From Raillietiella orientalis (Eukaryota): DNA of 64,000 bases. The notes below the pieces were generated by a model that searched no databases, was not told the origin of the DNA, and saw nothing but the letters and a program-made list of their open reading frames with translations. Position 1 is the first letter of the stretch. Each line of letters begins with the position of its first letter. A program made the position numbers and the translations under genes. Of this stretch, positions 1-11,900 are shown piece by piece. The stretch spans positions 2,356,001-2,420,000 of the forward strand of contig JAYWIR010000026.1 in the NCBI GenBank assembly GCA_036172245.1. Direction: 5' to 3'.

Positions 1-1467
1 CAACGACTCTGCTTTTTCTCCCTGCTCATCTCTCTCTTCCTTTCCGCTTCCTCGCGAGGTGGACGAAGCAGCAGCTCCTGGCGCGCCAGCAAGACTCCCG
101 GAAGAGTGACGAGCCCCCCCCTCGCTTTGCCGGGGCACCGAAGTTTTTTGGGCACAGCTTGGCTCGGGTCTCAGCTTCCTCCCTCGCATCCCAGGGATGA
201 GAAAGAATTCCGAGCTTGGACGCAGGTAGGGAGGAATGCCGCCGGGAACCGCGTTAGCGTACTCCGGGGAAGAGGATGGGGACAACTCTGCAGTCGAATG
301 GCGTCGGCCGCGGAGGTCGATACCACGGCTGGGGCATGGAGATACTCCGTCTGGCACCAGGAACCACCTGCCCACCTTGCACGGCCTGAAAAAAAATGAC
401 CTGTTGCTGCTGCCGCTTCTCCCTACGCCTGAGCCTGACATCGCTCCATTACTCAACGAAGCTGAGGCATGCGATGGCTCCGCTGGATTTCCGTGTGGTC
501 CCTCGCCCCGAAGCGAATCGGCACCGATGGCGCAGACCCGTCGCCCTACAGTGCAGCGCTCTCCTCGCAAGCGGCACCCTCTTGATGTGAAAGGCATCCT
601 CGGCGAAGACTCTCCCGATGCAGAGCTCCCCAGTGCCGTGCGGCCTGCACCCTCCGGCGATGGAGAATCCTGGAACCGCCTGCGTCCCGGCATCTACACC
701 CGCTGCACGCTGCGGAACATGATCGAGTGTCCCGCCAGAAGCACGTGGGCGGAGACGACCCCACTGGCCACGGAGCTGCCCTTCCTGAAAAGGGCGCTTC
801 ATAACAGCCGGAAGCCGAGGTGGCAAGTCTCCTGCCGGATAGCGGGCAAGGAGAAGGAGTTAAGTGGGTGGACCATGAGGGAACTGGCTGACGCCGCGAC
901 CCCAAGCGTTCACCCGCGAGGAATCCAGAGATGGGGCGAGCTTCTTGGCATCCCTCTGGATGACCTAGAGTGGCCCCCGTCGTTTATTGATTCATCCATC
1001 CTCCCCCTCAAGTGGCAGGAAACGGCGCTGCTGTTGTTGCACTGGGGTCTTCCCTGCAACGCGCGCCGCCACCACTGGACGTTGGGGAACGTGGGACAGA
1101 ACTGTGCAGTGTGCGGGGAGAAGGAATCCCTCCCCCACCTGTTAGTGGACTGCGCTGCCCTCCGGCCCTTGTGGGAACGTTTTGCTACGACCTTCCCTAT
1201 GCCGGTCGGCAGTACCCCAGAGACGTTCTGAGACTCCTCTTTGTGCGAGACGCCCTGCCACCAGCCTCAAGCCTGGCAGCGCTTTGCTGCCTCCGAGGGA
1301 TTGTGGCCGCCTGGAGCGCAGCCAACAGAGGAAGCAGCGATAGGGACTCCATCGTACACGCGGGTCGCTACCTGCGAATCGCGATCGGCGGGTTCCATCT
1401 GGGAGCTATGACGAGGGATCTCGAGGGCATCCTGGAAAGGTTGATCTCTTCCTCCGGCGGGCTGTGA
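1..1467 (+). mobile_element. Degenerate 3' end of a non-LTR retrotransposon ORF2 (L1/Tx1-like; RT thumb region plus zf-RVT zinc-binding motif), truncated by the window start
   Basis: ORF 236-1231 ends with KWQETALLLLHWGLPCN...CAVCGEKESLPHLLVDCAALRPLW, a typical CCHC zf-RVT motif of LINE ORF2 C-termini. Frame 1 near 140-290 (RSFLGTAWLGSQLPP..EKEFRAW..RGWGQL) resembles the post-RT thumb region. Coding-like sequence continues in another frame after ~1225 to a stop at 1467, so the copy is frameshifted. Confidence 0.7.
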
Positions 1468-4400
1468 TCCCTTCCCGGCCCTCCAAATAGTTTCTTTTTT
1501 TTTGTTTGTTTCATTTATTTTTCTTTTTGTTTTACCCCCTATCCCCTCCGCTGCCGAGGAGAGTCAAGCCGGTCTGCGAACCGGCTTCCTGGCAGGTCCC
1601 ATGAACTATTGGCCGTAGCGGGCCCTAGTACCGCAGATGTACAGTGTTTATTCATAAACGACTCGGCGTGACCGGATGAGAACTCCGGCGACGAAAAGGG
1701 GGAGTCGACTCCCGCGGGATGAGCGTGGAGAAACGCTTCCCCGTCTTTCCACGTTCGACAGCAGCCGTTCTTGCAGGAGAAGGCGGGATTCCTGCGGCAA
1801 GGGGTGGCGGTTCCAGGAATTTCCGAAAGGAGCAGCCCGCTCTCTGCTTGCGGTAGGGATGGGGGTGGATAGGGAGGATGCTGTCGCGGTGGCCTGTGGA
1901 ACGAAGCGAGCACGGGGTGAGGGGACACGGAGAGCGAGATCGGAGACCTCGCGACCTTCACGACCTTCCCAGTCGCTCGGAGACCTCCTGACTGCGCTGG
2001 GAACCTTCGAGCGGCCGGAAAGCGTGACCTCGATCGAACGAGGTAGACGAGTGGGGTGAACCAGCGCAGCCCCACCAGTTCCTCCGGGGAAACGGATAGC
2101 TGCGGCGCGCGCTTGGCTGAGAAAGCGTTGTCGCCGGTGCGTCACTGCTGCCGAGACACGGTTGCCAGGGTATCGCCTCCGTGGAGCGGAGTTTTCCCGT
2201 CGAGCGGGGAAGGGGTTAGGAGGGGGGGAAGAGGGGGGGGGGATTTGGACGAGCTGCACTCCACGCGCGACCGAACGAAGGAAGTGGAACAGCGCTTCTC
2301 TTGAGGAAACTTCTAGAGCATTCGGAAGCAGTCGCGGAGAACCCATGGCTTGTTGCTTGGAGATCCTCCTCCTCCTCGAGGATACCGCGCGAATCCATCT
2401 TCGGAGAAAGGAAAGGAAAAACGAATTAGAGAGAGAGATGCAGCTCCCGCGGGAAATTGGGAAAAGATGAGGCAGAGGAGGAATTACCCGTAATGTCTCA
2501 AATTCACCCTTCCCTTCCCTTCCACATCCCGAGTCTGTTCCAGGTTTTCTCCTCCATGGGAATCCGAGAGTCAAGACAGAATTTCCAAGCGACGCAGGGA
2601 GGGTGTGCAGTGACGTCGGGCACACCTCGGACTAAGAGAACGGTTGCCGTCCCGTCCGGGAAGATCTCAGCTGCGGCGGGAGCTTGCTCCTGGCTCCCTC
2701 TGGGTGGTGGCGCCGGCGGAGTCTCACGCCATACGCTAGGGGCTCTGCCGCGTCTGCCGCCACACCTCTCTACAAGCGCGAACACCCAGTTTCTGGAGCC
2801 CGGATCATCGGGTTTCGAGCAAGACACCCTCGTTGTCCTCTGGCGGAAGGGGCAGTGCCGGCCTTCCCTCCCTCCCCCTCCTCGACCTATGGCAGGCTCT
2901 CTCGGCGGCTCCAGATCCGTTTCCGATTGACCCGGGTTCGGGAAACGTCTCCAGGGGGACCGACTACTGGGGCATCGCCGGTAGATGCGAGCGCTCTCTC
3001 CTGGTCGGAAGCGGTGGCGGCGCTTGCCGTAAATAATATGGCGATGAATCGAGAGCTGGCACGTGCACAAGCGGTGGGGGGGGGGGGGGGGACCTCTGCC
3101 AGCAAGTCTGAGAATCCTGCGCTCGCGAGACCGTCATTCGTGTGGTCAGGAGGGATCGCAGCTTTCGGTTCGGGAAATTGGCAGCGACACCAGGTCACGC
3201 GTATCAGGTGCAGGCGGGGAAAGGGGCACGCCCATGGGAAAGCTCTGGCGCCCCATCGTTGCGACAAACAAGGGGATCGCAGGGAGGGAGGGCACACTGT
3301 GGGATCTTCCCCCCTCCTCCTCCACCCTTCTGCAAGTTAGCAGCCGGCAGGATGCGAGCTGACCTTTCCGACAGCTCTCTAGAAAATGGCCCCCCTCGAG
3401 GGGGTTGACCGCGGGAGCAGTACGTCGGAGGAGGAAGAGGGGAAACAGCAGTATCCATGGAGAATTCGGCTGATTCGACCTGTTGGCACGTGGTTTTACA
3501 CAGTTCGCGGTCCACGTGGAGGCATCAACAAGCGACGGGTAAGTCGCGAGAGGTCCGGATGCTGCAGCGCACTATCGTCTCGCTCCGGAGGCTCTCTTCT
3601 TGGCTCCAAAGGATCCTCGGCATCCATCCTTCCAATTCCAGGGTGCCCCCGGGGGCTTCCCGAGACGGCAGTCCTTTTGAGAAGAGTGGGAGGGAGATGG
3701 CGGATAGCTTGCCTTCAGCGAGGGCTCTCCCTTGCCCAAGGGCGAGCGGAAGGACCGCTCTCCGCCCGGGCTCTCCTTGGTGCTCGGCCCCTTTCCCGCC
3801 TCCTCAGCGAGCCGACGTGCGTCTCTCACTTGCTCCCGGGTCCATCGAGGGGCCACCACCGACTCCACGTGTTCCTGAGCCGCCATCCCCTGCTCGCATG
3901 CGCCTCTTCTGCCGTTCGGGGAGGACGGAACCGTCCAGCCGCCCCGAAGTCTCTCCGCCCGAGGGCGCGTGGCTCTTGACGGGGAGGCTGCGACATTGTT
4001 CCGGGAACCCCGGCTTGAAAACAGGGGACACGTCAGCTCCTTCTTCCTCGATGCCTTCGCTGGAGGAGGAAGGAATGGAAGGGGGGGGGGGGACGAGATT
4101 TCGTTCCTCTGCGTGCGCAGGCCGCTACCTCCCCCCCCTCCCTCTCCCCTGCAACGGCGGCGAGTGAGTCCCAGCTGGCGTCCCAGCCGGAGGCTGCCGC
4201 TATTCCTGAACGCCACCGCATCGCGGCGTCGGTCTCCTATCCTTCTGGTCACGCGTGCCACCTTTCTTTCCGGTCCTCCCTCCCAGAGACGCGACTCTCC
4301 TGCCCATCTCCCCATGGCAGCACAGGGTCTCCACGGAAACCGAGAGAGGCACCCACGCGCGGCGAGCTGGACCAGCCCCGCCCTCTTCAGGAACGGACAA

Positions 4401-6942
4401 GCGACTCTCTCGATAAACCTCCCCTCTCAGGAACATATGCCGTTAGAGCGGGGAGACGAGCACCCCCCCCTCCCCCATCCTCCTAGCGGCGCCCCATTTG
4501 GCTTGCGTCGCGCGCCGCCGCTGCGTGCCGCGGCGCTCGCATCCTCCCTCCCTCCGCCGCTTCGTAGCGAACGCGGCCGCGGCCGATCCGCCTCCGCCGC
4601 GAGCTCCAAGCCGCGGAAGACGGAGGGAAGGGGAGGGAGAACCCCGAGGATAGCGCGTAAGGGAGGAGGGATTGTCCGTCCCGGATCACTGGACCGTTCA
4701 TTTCGCGTGGATGGATGAGGTTCCGTCTCAAGGAAGGCATCGACGGGGCCTCTCTTGGGACGGGGGGAGTGGGGTCCTCGCGGACCCACTGGCGAGAAGA
4801 GGTCGCCAGGCAGGCCGCCATCATCTTGCGCCGGTTCTGGACTGGGAAAAGAGTCCACCGCCAATGATTCACCGTGTCCTTCCCCCTTATTTCTCTTCCT
4901 GTTTACCTACTGCCCCCTCCTGGACCTTTCACGTAACCGACGTAGCTCCTCGTCGTTTCTCTTGGCAACCGATTCCCAGTGGGTTTCGCTTTGTTTCCAT
5001 GGAACAAACGCCCAGGCGACGGAAAGGGAGGCAGTAAACGAACGCAAAGGGATGGATCAGCCTCCCGGTGTTCCCGAGGAAGCGGAGTCAGGTGGGAACG
5101 GAAGGTTAGGGACAGCAGGTGGGGGGATGTGAGGGCGTTTCGAACCAGTTACAGCCGCGGAGGCGCCGTTGCTCCTCCCATCTTGGACTGGATCGTATCG
5201 ACGCCTCCCGCATGGCAGGTGGTCACCACCCCGGGGCGATGGCCAAGCCCTCCGACCATTTCGGCAGGTGGTTCCCGCTGCTCCCTCCTGAAGAAGGGGG
5301 GCAACGGGAGAGCGCGGCTGAGTCTGCTACAGCGCGGTCTGGGACAACCCGGAAGCGCCGCTGCCGCCCAGTGCAGACGCGTCCCGAGCCGGCTGTCCCA
5401 CTAGATAGAGTGAGCGAGGCCCTCCTTCTCCAAACTTCGGCCGGATGCGCGCTCCCGCGGAGGATTAGCCAGGACGTTGGCTCCTTCTTCTCCCGACTTC
5501 TCCCCCGTCGCGGCGGAAGCATCGTGACCCCCTCCCGCAGGGGGCCGACCTCCGCGCTTCTCGCTTCGTCTCGGGGTTCAGCCCTTCCGCTCCGCACCTG
5601 GTAGCTCCCCTTCCCGTCATGCCCTTCACGTCGCCATCGACTTCACGGAGGGAGGGCATCCTCCCCGCATCCTTCTGCCGCGGCCTGGCGAAGCCCCTGC
5701 GTGTTGGACGAACTCGGCCGCCGCGAGACTGCAGGCGGAGGCGCCATGGATCCGTATCGCCGCTCTCCGCTTGGCGTCGTCGCCGGGCAACCAATCTCTC
5801 CTTGTCAGCTCCACGGGTCGAAAAGCATGGCGGGCGCGTGTGAGCATCCCGCGCCGCCGCGGCCGGGCGAACCAAACGGGGAGGAGGGGAGAAGATGAGA
5901 GGAAGAAGCTGGGAGGAGGCGGAGGACGCAGATCGATGGATCACTCTGCTGCTCCAGACTGAGGAGCGAGCGCCGCGGTGCGCTCCTCTCGAAGGCAAAG
6001 GTCGCGGCTCGTTCCCATGGTTGCGGCGATCTCTACGCGAGAAGTTTCTCCGGCGAACTCGGGGGGGGGGGAGGGGGAGAATAAAAAGAGAGAGATGGGG
6101 GCGACCGCGCCCTCGCCGTCCTCGTCGCCCCGCTGCCCAGTGGACCCTGCCTCCTCACCTGAACACGGTTCGATCTTCTGACCCGGTTGGTCGAGGGTGG
6201 AAGGGAGATCGACCCACGCGCGGTCCACCAGTGTGAATCTGCACAAAGCCAGCAGGGCCGCTCGTGCGCGTTTCTAGGCTGAGGCGGAGGGAGGGGAGGG
6301 GAGGGCTCCCCAGTCGCCGCGCATCTCCCCCCGTTGCCCTCCGTTGCCGCGCTTGCTCTGCCCAGCAGGGCTGCTGACCGCCACACCAGAAAACAAGAGA
6401 AGGCAAAAAAAAAAAGGAAAGCAAACGAGCCCGTTGCTAAGGGAACTGGCGCAGCCTGCACGCGCGTCGCCTTCGTGCGAGTCGAAAGGGGACGCCTGCG
6501 TGCAGATGCATCTGGCGCGAAGGGGAAAGGAGAGGAGGCCCCATGCTCTGCCCCCGGATCGGCAACCGCTCCTGGCGAACAGCACCAGTGACTGGCGGGT
6601 GGAGGCAGCAGACGGCGCCCAGGGTCCTCTTGGAGGTCGCCGCCGGGCCACGACTGGGAAAAGAAGGAAGATCGGCCGCTTCACCCTCGAGGGGGCGGCG
6701 AAAGAAATCCGCAGACAACGCTGACCTGTGTGGACGCAATCCCTCCTTTTCCGACAGCGGCGCATCCCATCTTCGGGTAAACGACGGCACTCGGCCCTCC
6801 GGCAGGGTGAAGGAAGGGGGGTTAGCTGCCAAACAAGAGGAAACGGGGATCGATTGGCTTCACCTTGTCGATTCAGCCACGCCCAGTTCCCCACCCCTAT
6901 TTGAAAGGAATGGAGCTCGCCGGAAGGAACTTTAGGAGATCT

Positions 6943-7406
6943 CGGGGAAGGGATCAGTCGCCGCACCATCCTGGCTCTGGTCGCAGCCCATCTTAGGCCC
7001 CTAGCACGCGGGAAGGAGTCGCCGTGTCCCGGCCCCGCACCAGGGAGGCAGCGGGACTCGTCCTCCGTGGTGGAGGATGGGGGAGGATGATGACCCGCTC
7101 TCTTGTCCAGGAGAGCACGCCTTCTGCAGGCGACCTTGCCTTCCCCGCGACCTTCCGTCCGTCCTCGCGGCTCCCCTCCCCATGCCCGGGAGAGAGGACG
7201 TCTCGAGCGCTTCCCGGGAGGCCACCCGTCCCACCCACCCCTCCGCTTCCGCAACATCTGCTCGCAGCCGTTCTCCTTTTCTTTGGTTCCCCACGCTCCC
7301 CTCCCCCTGGTGGGCGAAGGAGCTGGCCGGGCGGGCCGCTCCTTTCCCGTCGCATTCCCCTCAATCCTCCTCGGTGCTCCTTCCCCTTTGCGAGGGGGAG
7401 GAGGAA
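6943..7406. repeat. Left arm of a long inverted repeat (partner 9193-9760)
   Basis: The reverse complement matches 9193-9760 with scattered substitutions. ORFs 7001-7294(-) and 9409-9702(+) translate to nearly identical peptides. Confidence 0.93.
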
Positions 7407-8964
7407 GAAGAGGACGACTGAAGAAGGGAGAACTCCCCTCCCTTCACAGTCCTTTGTGAGCGATGCGCAGGGGTGTCATCTTCCTGCGCATCTTCCACGG
7501 GCATCATCGCATCGGGGGGGGGAGTCTCCGAGATGCGACGGGAGCAGGGAAGCGGATGCTTTCCCGCGCCTGCCTGATGCGGCATTATGCTGCCCTCTGG
7601 CGAATCCGGAAACTCCTGGAGGCGGCAGGCCTCCCAGCAGAGAGCATCCCGAGAGATTCCGAAAATCCTTCTCGCGGGTCGGACTGCCTCCCGCGGCGGC
7701 GGCGGCTCTCCGCTGCTTCCGCGAAATCGAGGCTCCTGGCGTCCGACGGGATCGCCACCTACTTCTCGATCAGCTCCCCACGGAGTGCATCGAAGTGGTG
7801 TCACCTGACTGCGCCCAAGGGCGAGCTTGACAACGTTCCCAGAGGATTTATGGAAACAAACGGGGATCCCCCTCCCCTGATCTCCTGCCGCAGCCACCCC
7901 GCCCGCACGCAAAGGCGCTTCCTGTTTGCTTTGTTCTTCTTCCCCTGCCCACTGGGTCCAGTGCGGTTCCTTCGGACGCGCCTATAGGAAGCAGCGTTCG
8001 TCTTTTACGCCGCTAGCTCTTTTCTTTCGGAATTGGTGGTACCCACTGATCGTGAGTTCACGGATCTTTGTCGAGAAATGCCCTGGTTCAAGTAGGAGCA
8101 AACAGCAACAGCTGTAGAGGCGGCAACGTTGCGAGAAACGGACGCCGCGTGCGCTGGCGGCAGAGAGGAGGGGGGGGCAGGACGACAATGCTGACGCAGC
8201 TCTTCGGGAAAGTGTGAGCGCCAACGCACGTTCGAGCTCTCCTCCATCCACGCATGCGCGCGCGCGCTCAGAGAACGAGATCGCCGGGGCCCGAACTGCC
8301 CCTGACTCTCTTCCTCCCCTACCCCCCCCCTTCCTTCCAAGCTCCCTTTCTCCTTTTGGGAGAAGACGGAGCAGGGACGACTTCCTCACTCTCTCCGGCC
8401 GAGGTCTTCTCGCGCGGGGCTGGTTCTCCGGATGCGCTCCCCTTCCCTAGCGGGAACGGCTGGTTGATCCGGAGGAGGAGGTTGCCTCGCGACGCTGCCG
8501 GAAAGGAGGAGCGAGGGGCCCGCCATCTGGCAGCGGCGGAGAAGGCAGAGAGGGAGGGGGAGAGGACACACCTGCCAGGTCCCTCTCGATCGGGCAGGCG
8601 CATGCGCGCGCCTGCTCGCCTCCCGCTCTTGCGGAGCGCACCTGCCGGCCCACGTGGCGCTCGCGGCCATGAGAGCGAGGAACGCGCGGCGACCGCCGCT
8701 TACCCAGTGCATCTCCCCACCTGCCTTCCCGGAGACGAGGAGCGTGCGTGCCCCCGGGCCGGGTCAGCTTGATTCCGACGCCCGGCGCCGGTGGCGACAG
8801 CAGTGGCTGCTCCGCGGGACTCAGGTCGAGCCGTGCAGGCGGAGGTCGCCTTTCTCCGGAAGGCCGCTGAGCCAGAGCCTCCCCCTCCTCCCTTTCCGCT
8901 CCCTCCCGCCCCGTGCTCCCTGCCTCGCCTGGTCCCTATCCCCCTTTCCCTGCCCCTTCCCAGG

Positions 8965-11900
8965 ATGGCCCGAGAGAGAGAAAGAGAAAGCGGACCTGCT
9001 CCCCAGGAAGGCACCGACTTGTGCCCCAGGAGGTCGTCCATCATCGAGGGCTTGCTACAGGCCATCTACAGGTGCGAGACCTCCGACGTCACCGAGTGCT
9101 CCACGCCCCCACAGGCGTCGCCCGACTGGCGGCCCTGCTCTTCGCCCGTGCGAAAGGCGCGGATCGCTCACAAAGGTACGAGGGGAGGGGGGTTCCACCT
9201 CCCCCTCGCAAAGGGGAAGGAGCACTCCAGGGAGGGAGGCCCAGCGTCCTCTCTATCCAATCCCCACCCACGCCATCCCATGGCCGGCTCGTCAGGATTT
9301 TCCTGACGGGGGCGCAGGGAGGGGGAGAAGAGGATTGAGGGGAATTGGGGCGACGGGAAAGGATAGGCCCTCCCGGCCAGCTCCTTCGCCCACCAGGGGG
9401 AGGGGAGCGTGGGGAACCAAAGAAAAGGAGAACGGCTGCGAGCAGATGTTGCGGAAGCGGAGGGGTGGGTGGGACGGGTGGCCTCCCGGGAAGCGCTCGA
9501 GACGTCTTCTCTCCCGGGCATGGGGAGGGGAGCCGCGAGGACGGACGGAAGGTCGCGGGGAAGGCAAGGTCGCCTGCAGAAGGCGTGCTCTACTGGACAA
9601 GAGAGCAGGTCATCATCCTCCCCCATCCTCCACCACGGAGGACGAGTCCCGCTGCCTCCCTGGTGCGGGGCCGGGACACGGCAACTCCTTCCCGCGGGTT
9701 AGGGGTCTGAAATGGACTGCGACCAGAGCCAGGATGGTGCGGCGGCTGATCCCTCCCCCGGATGCCCTCCTCGCGGGTGTGAACGCCGCCCCCCGAGCGA
9801 GGGCCGGACTTCATTTTTCCCCCTCCTTCCCCCCTCTTCTCCTTTCTGCCGTTCCACTCTCCACCCACTCCGCCTGCTACCTCCGTGTTCTACCCTGTTG
9901 CGCCTCCCCTTCCTTCCTTGCGCTCCCTCGCCCGCTCCTTCCCTCGAGGACTTTCTTGGGACCGGGGCCTCCGCTCCGGCGAGCTCCCCCAAGCTCCCGG
10001 AGAAAGGGAAGGCGTCCCAGCTAGAAACGCACTGGCGCCACCCCCACTCACCCCTGGGGATGGGAACCGGGGGAGGGGAAAGGGTCTCCCTTCACAGGCT
10101 TCCGGGGCATCCCGACAAGGACGAGCCTGGGGTAGGGTGGAGCGGGAGGACCGCGGGAGGGAACGAGGAACGGCGATGCCCCATCCTCCACGTCCCTCTA
10201 TCCGTGCTGAGGGTCACTCTGGCCGTCACTTTCTCCTTCCCGCGGGGGGTCTCTGCGTCTCAAGGAGCTTCCCCCGCGAAGAGAGCAGCCCCCTCCTCAG
10301 GACTCTGAGGAGGTAGCTGTTCCTCCGGGGGAGGCGGCGGCTCCGACTTCCGTGACTCTTCTTGAAACGGGTTAAGTGGGACCGCGGCGCTCGAAAGGGA
10401 GCGTCCGCACTCGCCTTTCCCGCAGCCCTTGAGGCGACTCCTAGGATGCCCGGCTTCGGACATGGTGGAGGCAGCGGGTGGCGGCGACCTCCCGCCCTCC
10501 CGTCGCCTCCTGGAGGTCCCTTCCGGAACGCCACGGAGCGGAGGCCGCAACAGGGATCTCCTCCACTGCCCTCCCTTCCGTCCACCCGGCCGGTGGAAGC
10601 CCTCTCCACGCTCCCTCTCTCGCCCTTTTTTTCCTGCCCGCGCGGCGTCGGAGGGCTTGCGAGCTCTCCCCAACGTTCGCGACGGCGACCCTCCCTGGAG
10701 TGCGCGCCTCCCATGGGCGGATGGCAGACCTCACGTGCTTTCCGTTCCAGACACTGAGGAGCTGTTGATGTTGATTGCCGCCCTGAAGATCAGCATCCAG
10801 CAGAAGGCGTCGCACCTCATTAAGCAGCTGAAGCTGAGAGACCGCCTGATGACCCGTAGGGACCGCCAGTGCGACCTCATCACGGCATTCATGCAGGCGA
10901 CGTCGGAGAAGAGAAGTGAGGAACGCGCGCAGCCTCCTCCCACCAGCGGGGATGCGGGGAAAGGATGGGGGGGTGGGGAGAGCTTCTCCTTGCTGCTCTA
11001 CTCCTCCGAGGGGGCGCCCATTTGAAGGGACCCGACCATTCCGTCGGTTCCGTCGTCTCGCGCACGCGAGGGCGGCACCCCTGCGTCTGCGGGAGCTGCG
11101 CGATCGCTGTTTCCCCCTGCTCCTCCCTTCCCCTCCCCTCCCAGCTTCTCTTCTCTCGGAATCGGTTGCCCCGCGAGACCCTCACAAGGACTGAGAGGTC
11201 TTTGCGAGGGAGCTCCTCTGCCGCGAGCAGCGGCCCTTCCTCGGGAGTCGCCCAGGAAGGGCTCCGGCGCTCACTCTCCCGTGTCTGGCGGCCGCCTGGT
11301 CCGCACGCCTCCCTAAGTCTCGCTTCACGCCTTCCCAGAGTCGTCGATGTCAGGCAGGGAGAGAGCGACCGTGGAGACGGCCTTGGCATTCGGGACGCTT
11401 CCGCCTCCTGGAAGCGGCAGCTCCGCTCCCTCCTCCTCTTCGATTCGTCTCGCCTTCTCCCGTAACCCCAAGGGAGAAGAAAGGAGAAAGACGAGACGAC
11501 TCGCAGCGCCCGTGGACGAACGCGGGAGGGGGGAGGCTGCTCTGTAGCCCCCGGTTCAAAAGGCAGCAGATGGACTGGGGGGAGCTAGGGGAGGGATCAG
11601 CCTATCACTGTCGCTCCAGATGGAATCGGAGTGGCGGACGAGTTCTCGCTCCTCCTCCTCCCAGGACCTACCATCCTACCCCCTCTCCTTCTGCCCTCAC
11701 CCTGAGGCGTCCGGGTTCGGTCGAGGACCTCTCGGCAATGTGCAGAACCGTCCGTCGCAAGGACGCCTGGAGCCTCGCCACCCGCGCATCAACACGGCAG
11801 GTACCCTGAGCATCAACTCCCCCCGCTGCTAGGAAACTGGACCGAGGGAAGATTAGGGCCCTGCGTCCCGCAGAGGCAGCTGGAGAAGGGAGGGAGGGGG

